The position numbers were made by a program, and so were the translations under genes. The notes beneath the pieces were generated by a model that was not told where the DNA came from, searched no databases, and was given only the letters and a program-made list of their open reading frames with translations. This document shows positions 54,430 through 58,672 of a stretch of DNA of 58,672 nt, piece after piece; position 1 is the stretch's first letter; the number at the start of each line of letters is the position of its first letter. This stretch comes from Planctomycetota bacterium. Its GTDB lineage: Bacteria > Planctomycetota > UBA11346. The stretch spans positions 1 to 58,672 of the forward strand of contig JANPIY010000289.1 in NCBI GenBank assembly GCA_031425255.1, given 5' to 3'.

Positions 54430-54484
54430 CAGAGCTGGAAAATTCCAACTCTGCGCCCGCGGCGGTTTGAGCCCCTTCGCGGGC
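54430..54484 (+). terminator. Two consecutive hairpins 5 nt after the cytochrome gene stop
   Basis: CAGAGCTGGAA-AA-TTCCAACTCTG (54430-54453) forms a 10-bp stem with one C/A mismatch. GCCCGCG-N16-CGCGGGC (54455-54484) follows. There is no clear U-tract. Confidence 0.45.
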
Positions 54485-54676
54485 CCTCCTGGTGAAATGG
54501 AAACGGGAGGAAAGCTTCTTCGCCGTAAATTATTGCATTGACCGGATGAATTGGGCCACATTCATATCGGCATGCACTATCTGCCTGGCAATGAGCTACT
54601 GTCACCAGCAACCCAGGGCGTTCCCGTGCCCAGACCGTCGACGCCCTCGCCGTGGCTGCGTTGCGAATGGCTCGGC

Positions 54677-56236
54677 ATGGGAGGCGCCGCCGCTCTCCTC
54701 CTCGCCCTCACCCTGCCTTTCCTAGGCCAGCAGGGATTCTGGTTCGATGAGATCTTCAGCGTCGAGACCGCCCAACGCTGGAGCGGCATGATGGAGGTCT
54801 TTTCGCGCTACGAGAACAACATGGCGTTGTACTACGTCATGCTGTGGCTGTGGATGTTCCTCGGAGACAGCGAATTCTTCGTCCGGCTGCTCTCCCTGCT
54901 CTTCGCCCTCTGCACGATTCCAGTGGTCCATGCCATCGCCCGCCGTCTGTTCGATGCGCGCACGGCCATCATCGCCGACTTCGTGCTGATCAGCAGCATC
55001 TTCTTCGTCCAATATGCCGGCGAGGCGCGCAGCTATAGCCTGCTGGCGCTGCTCACGGCGTGGTCCTCGCTGTTGCTGCTCCAGGCGCTCGAACGGCCGA
55101 CGTGGCTGAGGTGGGCCTGCTACGCGGTGGTCGCAGTCGCTGGCGTGTATGCGCACTATTTCGCTCTCCTCACCATCGCTGCCCACGCCGTAGCGCTGAT
55201 GCTGCGCGGACACCCAGGGATACCCAAGGCGAAGGCCATCAGTGCGGTCGCCGTGATGATCGCCCTCATGGCGCCGCTGGTCCTGTTCCGTCCGGCGAAT
55301 CTCGGCCAGGTCGATCACTTGAATCGTCCCGATCTGGGCGAGCTCTACATGATGTCGCTGATCTTCGGCAGCGGGAAAGGTCAGCTGTTGATAGCCGCGA
55401 TCTGCTTGACCGTGCTGTTCGTCGCGGTCCTTCGCGCGGCACCGCAGCGGGGCGATGCCGGGGGCGGATTTTCCCGGCGCTGGTCCGTCGGCTTCCTCCT
55501 CGCGCTGGTGCTGGTCCCGATGCTCATCGCCGTCTCGTTCTCCTTATTGGTCAAGCCGATGCTGATTCCCAAATACCTCATCGGCTGCCTGCCCGCCTAC
55601 GTCATCCTGATCGCCGCTGGCGCCGCCCAGCTGCGGGTCCGATGGGCGACCACGGTCGTGGTCTGCATGTTCGGCTTCCTGGTGATCAACGGCCTCCGGC
55701 ATGGCTTCAGCTCCGGCGGTCAATGGCGGGATGTCGCTTCGAGCCTGGTGGCGCGGGCGCAGCCAGCCGACGCCGTGATCTGCTATCCCTTCTTCGCCCT
55801 CAAGCCCATCAACCATTACCTGGACCGTTTGCCGGCGGGCGCCCAGCGGGTGACGGTCCGGTCCATCGCCACCGGTCCTTACCATCCCGGTGGTGGTGCC
55901 AGGGATCCTGATCCGGACATGGCGGAAATCCGCCAGCTCGCGCGTGATCATGACTGCGTCTGGATCGTCGTCGCGATGATGTTCCCGGAAAAACTGAATC
56001 GTCACTGGCTGCCGCGCATCGTCGACCAGATGAAGGAGACCCACCCATTCTACGAGGATACGAAATTCCTGCGCGGCGGCGGCGCCCTCCAGCTGCTGCG
56101 CTTCTCGCGCAGCGCACCCCCGGAAAGTCGGGGCTCGGTGAGTTCGACGAATGGCGCCCCCGGTGACGGACACGCCGCTCGAACGATCGAGGATGTGGCG
56201 CCGAGTGCGCCTCCCGGCGTGGCCCCCGCGCGATGA
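54677..56236 (+). CDS. GT39/ArnT-like (PMT_2-type) membrane glycosyltransferase
   Basis: It is a multi-TM protein with an early FWFDE(I/A) motif (QGFWFDEIFSVETAQ) and ...RLLSLLFALCTIPVVHAIARRLF, typical of dolichyl/undecaprenyl-phosphate sugar transferases. A soluble C-terminal domain follows. The start is uncertain: TTG 54551, ATG 54572 or ATG 54677. Confidence 0.75.
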   Translation: MGGAAALLLALTLPFLGQQGFWFDEIFSVETAQRWSGMMEVFSRYENNMALYYVMLWLWMFLGDSEFFVRLLSLLFALCTIPVVHAIARRLFDARTAIIADFVLISSIFFVQYAGEARSYSLLALLTAWSSLLLLQALERPTWLRWACYAVVAVAGVYAHYFALLTIAAHAVALMLRGHPGIPKAKAISAVAVMIALMAPLVLFRPANLGQVDHLNRPDLGELYMMSLIFGSGKGQLLIAAICLTVLFVAVLRAAPQRGDAGGGFSRRWSVGFLLALVLVPMLIAVSFSLLVKPMLIPKYLIGCLPAYVILIAAGAAQLRVRWATTVVVCMFGFLVINGLRHGFSSGGQWRDVASSLVARAQPADAVICYPFFALKPINHYLDRLPAGAQRVTVRSIATGPYHPGGGARDPDPDMAEIRQLARDHDCVWIVVAMMFPEKLNRHWLPRIVDQMKETHPFYEDTKFLRGGGALQLLRFSRSAPPESRGSVSSTNGAPGDGHAARTIEDVAPSAPPGVAPAR

Positions 56237-56382
56237 GTGAGCGTCGCGCAGGACCGCCGGGCGGCCTGCGCCGCGAACCTGACGCCCCTTGGCGAGCGAA
56301 CCATGTTCCTGTCCGGATCACAGCGGAGAGGCAGGATCCTCCGCCTGACGAGCCTGGGTAACCAATCCAGAAACCTGGTTGC

Positions 56383-57678
56383 ATGCGGTCGGTCCTGGGG
56401 CATCGCTGTCCCGTCATGGACGAGCTGCGATCTGGACCACCTGCCCCCAAACGCTCGCCGACCGGCCTCCAGCGTCTCACCCGCACCTTGTTCGGCCTAC
56501 GTCCTGTGGGAGCACCGCTTCCGCCCAGCGGACGCTGGTTGAGCGAACGGGTCACCGCTGACTTCGACCGCTACCTCGAAGACCTGGAGGCCGACCTCGC
56601 ACAGGCCAAGCGGCTGGTGGTGCTTGAGGTCTATATCTTCAGCGACGACGAGGTCGGACGGCGGATCGAGGAGGCGCTGCGAGCGACGGCCAGACGTGGC
56701 GTCCGCGTGTTATTGGCGGTCGATGGCATCGGTTCTGCGGTCTGGCTCGAACGGCGGGCCGGCGCCCTCGCCCAGCACGGAGTCGAGGTGCGGGTCTACC
56801 ATCCGCCGCCCTGGCAGGTGGCGGGATTCTCGGTCTCCACCCGCCAACGCCTGGCCGCCGCCGGACGCTGGTTCCGCTACATCAACCGGCGCAATCACCG
56901 CAAGGTCTGCGTCATCGACGGACGCATCGCGTGGGTCGGCTCGATGAATCTGACCCGCGAACACTCCGCCGCGCAAATGGGCCCGCATGCCTGGCGCGAT
57001 ACCGTCGCCCGCGTGGAGGGCGATGGCGTCCGCATCCTGGTGCGCGCCTTCATCGCTGCCTGGCGCCGCTCATGGCGCGTGGTCGGTCAGCGCCTGCATC
57101 CGTCGCTGAGCCTGCGCAGCCTGCACCTGCCGCTGCCGCCCGATGGCCTGGTGCGCCTCAACCACGGCATGCGCATGCGGCGGCTGTATTATCGCGACCT
57201 GCTGGCGCGCATCACCCATGCCCGTCAGCGGGTGTGGATCGCAAACGCCTACTTCGTGCCGCAAGGCAGCCTGATCAGAGCCCTGGGTGCCGCCGCCGCG
57301 AATGGTGCCGACGTCAAGGTCATCGTGCCGGCGCAATCGGATGTGTGGTTCATGTCCTTCGTCGCCGCGACCTTCACCGATGCGCTCGCCCAGGTGGGAG
57401 TGCGGCTGTATTCCTATCAGCCCTGCATGTTGCACGAGAAGACCCTGCTCATCGATGACTGGGTCTCGGTGGGCTCGACCAATCTCAACCATCGCAGCCT
57501 GCGCCATGACCTCGAGGCCGACGTGGTCCTGACCAGTGCAGAATCGTTACGCACCGTCGAACGGCTCCTGAGCGAAGACATCGCCGCCTCCCGCGACCTC
57601 ACGGCGGTCACCCACCGCCCCAACTGGCTGGTGCGCGCATTCGGCAATCTCATGCTGATCGGGCAGAGGTGGATATGA
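56383..57678 (+). CDS. Phospholipase-D-family cardiolipin synthase (ClsB-like, no N-terminal TM)
   Basis: Two HKD motifs are present: HRKVCVIDGRIAWVGSMNL and HEKTLLIDDWVSVGSTNLNHRS. The start is at 56383 or at the ATG at 56416. Confidence 0.9.
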   Translation: MRSVLGHRCPVMDELRSGPPAPKRSPTGLQRLTRTLFGLRPVGAPLPPSGRWLSERVTADFDRYLEDLEADLAQAKRLVVLEVYIFSDDEVGRRIEEALRATARRGVRVLLAVDGIGSAVWLERRAGALAQHGVEVRVYHPPPWQVAGFSVSTRQRLAAAGRWFRYINRRNHRKVCVIDGRIAWVGSMNLTREHSAAQMGPHAWRDTVARVEGDGVRILVRAFIAAWRRSWRVVGQRLHPSLSLRSLHLPLPPDGLVRLNHGMRMRRLYYRDLLARITHARQRVWIANAYFVPQGSLIRALGAAAANGADVKVIVPAQSDVWFMSFVAATFTDALAQVGVRLYSYQPCMLHEKTLLIDDWVSVGSTNLNHRSLRHDLEADVVLTSAESLRTVERLLSEDIAASRDLTAVTHRPNWLVRAFGNLMLIGQRWI

Positions 57679-57684
57679 GGGGAT

Positions 57685-57774
57685 GTCCGAGGTCCGAGGT
57701 CCGAGGTCCGAGGTCTCGTGTGCGAGGCATGGGGTGCGTTGAACATCGGACAGCGGACAGCGGACAGCGGACAG
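57685..57774. repeat. Second inverted heptamer-array element: (GTCCGAG)x4+GTC at 57685-57715 and (CGGACAG)x4 at 57747-57774
   Basis: Read directly. The GTCCG/CGGAC cores are complementary and are separated by AG/AG 2x2 mismatches. A local hairpin GTCTCG-TGTG-CGAGGC lies at 57713-57728. The element occupies the cls/EEP intergenic spacer. Confidence 0.9.
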
Positions 57775-57796
57775 GCGAGCCCCGGGAGCCTCGCCC

Positions 57797-58534
57797 ATGA
57801 TCCGCATCCTCTCCTACAACATCCACAAGGGTCTGACGCCGGCCAATCGCCGATTCGTGCTCGAACGCATGCGCACCGCCATCCGTTCGGTCGATGCCGA
57901 AGTGGTCTTCCTCCAGGAGGTCCAGGGCGAGCACCACCACCACGCCGCGCGTTTCGCCGACTGGCCGATCGAGGGCCAATGCGAATTCCTCGCCGACAGC
58001 ATCTGGCCGCACCACGCCTATGGCCGCAACGCGCTCTATGACCACGGCCATCACGGCAACGCGATCCTGTGCAAACACCCCTTCAGCGCGTGGGAGAACC
58101 TCGACGTCTCCAACAACCGCTGGGAACGCCGCGGGCTGCTGCACGGCGTGGTCAAACATCCCGCCCTGGCGCAGGATCTGCACCTGATCTGCTGCCACCT
58201 CGACCTGTTCGAGAGCGGCCGCAAGAAGCAGGTGCGCAAGCTCATCGAGCGCATCGCCGCTGCGGTACCGGATGGCGCGCCGCTGCTGGTCGCCGGCGAT
58301 TTCAACGACTGGCGCTCACGTGTGAGCCCGATGCTGACCAGCGAACTGGGACTGGAGGAAGTGCACCACGCTCTGCACGGCCACCACGCCAAATCCTTTC
58401 CGGTGTGGTTCCCGATGCTGCGCCTGGACCGCCTCTACGCGCGCGGGCTGAAGCCCCTGCGCGCGGAGTGCCTGACCGGCGATCCCTGGCGGATGCTCTC
58501 AGACCACGCGGCGTTGCTGGTGGAGGTCGGCTGA
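57797..58534 (+). CDS. Endonuclease/exonuclease/phosphatase (EEP) family protein (YbhP-like)
   Basis: Motifs are ILSYNIHKG, VVFLQEV, GNAIL, AGDFND and LSDHAAL, which are the EEP catalytic motifs. It is adjacent to a ClsB-like gene, as ybhP is in E. coli. Confidence 0.9.
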   Translation: MIRILSYNIHKGLTPANRRFVLERMRTAIRSVDAEVVFLQEVQGEHHHHAARFADWPIEGQCEFLADSIWPHHAYGRNALYDHGHHGNAILCKHPFSAWENLDVSNNRWERRGLLHGVVKHPALAQDLHLICCHLDLFESGRKKQVRKLIERIAAAVPDGAPLLVAGDFNDWRSRVSPMLTSELGLEEVHHALHGHHAKSFPVWFPMLRLDRLYARGLKPLRAECLTGDPWRMLSDHAALLVEVG

Positions 58535-58672
58535 AAATGGTCAGGGATCACCGGTTCGTGTTGATTTCTTTCCACACCCGGATCCTCGAAGGTGAAACTG
58601 GCACCCTTCGGCTCCACGGTCACCGAGGCCGCGCTGGCGTCGGAAAGATTGCTGGTCTGGATGATGACCTTC
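58435..58672 (-). CDS. Possible 3' end of a gene entering from the right edge (very tentative)
   Basis: This is the only open minus-strand frame at the right edge. It reads KVIIQTSNLSDASAASVTVEPKGASFTFEDPGVERNQHEP... with GC-rich third positions. Its stop at 58435 would overlap the convergent EEP gene by 100 nt, so the true end, and even whether it is coding, is unclear. Confidence 0.3.
   Translation of the reverse strand, partial: KVIIQTSNLSDASAASVTVEPKGASFTFEDPGVERNQHEPVIPDHFQPTSTSNAAWSESIRQGSPVRHSARRGFSPRA

Noticed and set aside
1-58672. Search for mobile elements, prophage, integrase/transposase, toxin-antitoxin, restriction-modification or known defence cassettes.
   Set aside because: No product in any frame shows DDE/HUH transposase, tyrosine/serine recombinase, phage structural or classic defence-system motifs. 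The SNF2 helicase has the ordinary SNF2-associated N-terminal region and no nuclease or methylase partner. The only compositional islets are the small ones at ~32.4-33.3 kb and ~44.2-44.8 kb.

Overview
This is a 58.7-kb, high-G+C (roughly two-thirds G+C by eye) bacterial chromosomal segment, densely packed with about 50 protein-coding genes on both strands. I found no rRNA, tRNA, CRISPR array, transposase, integrase or prophage genes. All product calls come from motifs read in the supplied translations; no database search was run.

Content, left to right:
- A flotillin/YqiJ-like pair and a 3D-domain protein.
- Two large paralogous hybrid sensor kinases. The second appears split from its own membrane/periplasmic sensor half.
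- cmk (with an extra C-terminal domain), trpF, a metallophosphoesterase, two ATPase-less ABC-2 permeases, and a 1135-aa TPR protein.
- UDG family 4, acpP-fabF and a second serine-less ACP-like gene, YceI, and mnmA.
- An AEC transporter, pgl, an SNF2 helicase, and an SDR/DUF2867-like protein.
- A lower-GC pair of small unknown genes translationally coupled to a TatD/EboA-like pair.
- thpR and a single-ring ClpB-D2-like AAA+ ATPase.
- A three-gene pseudopilin-like operon and two overlapping GGDEF cyclases.
- hisB, coaD, DJ-1, LolA-like, and queF.
- A PA14/beta-propeller plus penta-heme cytochrome pair, a GT39-like glycosyltransferase, a PLD-type cardiolipin synthase, and an EEP phosphatase.

The prepilin-like N-termini and the PA14/cytochrome pair suggest a PVC-type (Verrucomicrobiota-like) organism, but this is a low-confidence inference.

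The most unusual signals are non-coding:
- Two intergenic loci carry inverted arrays of tandem heptamers sharing a GTCCG/CGGAC core. They can form long hairpins between co-directional genes.
- A ~194-nt rod-like imperfect palindrome lies between fabF and the Ser-less ACP paralog.

Many long antisense ORFs in the track are GC-driven artefacts and were rejected.
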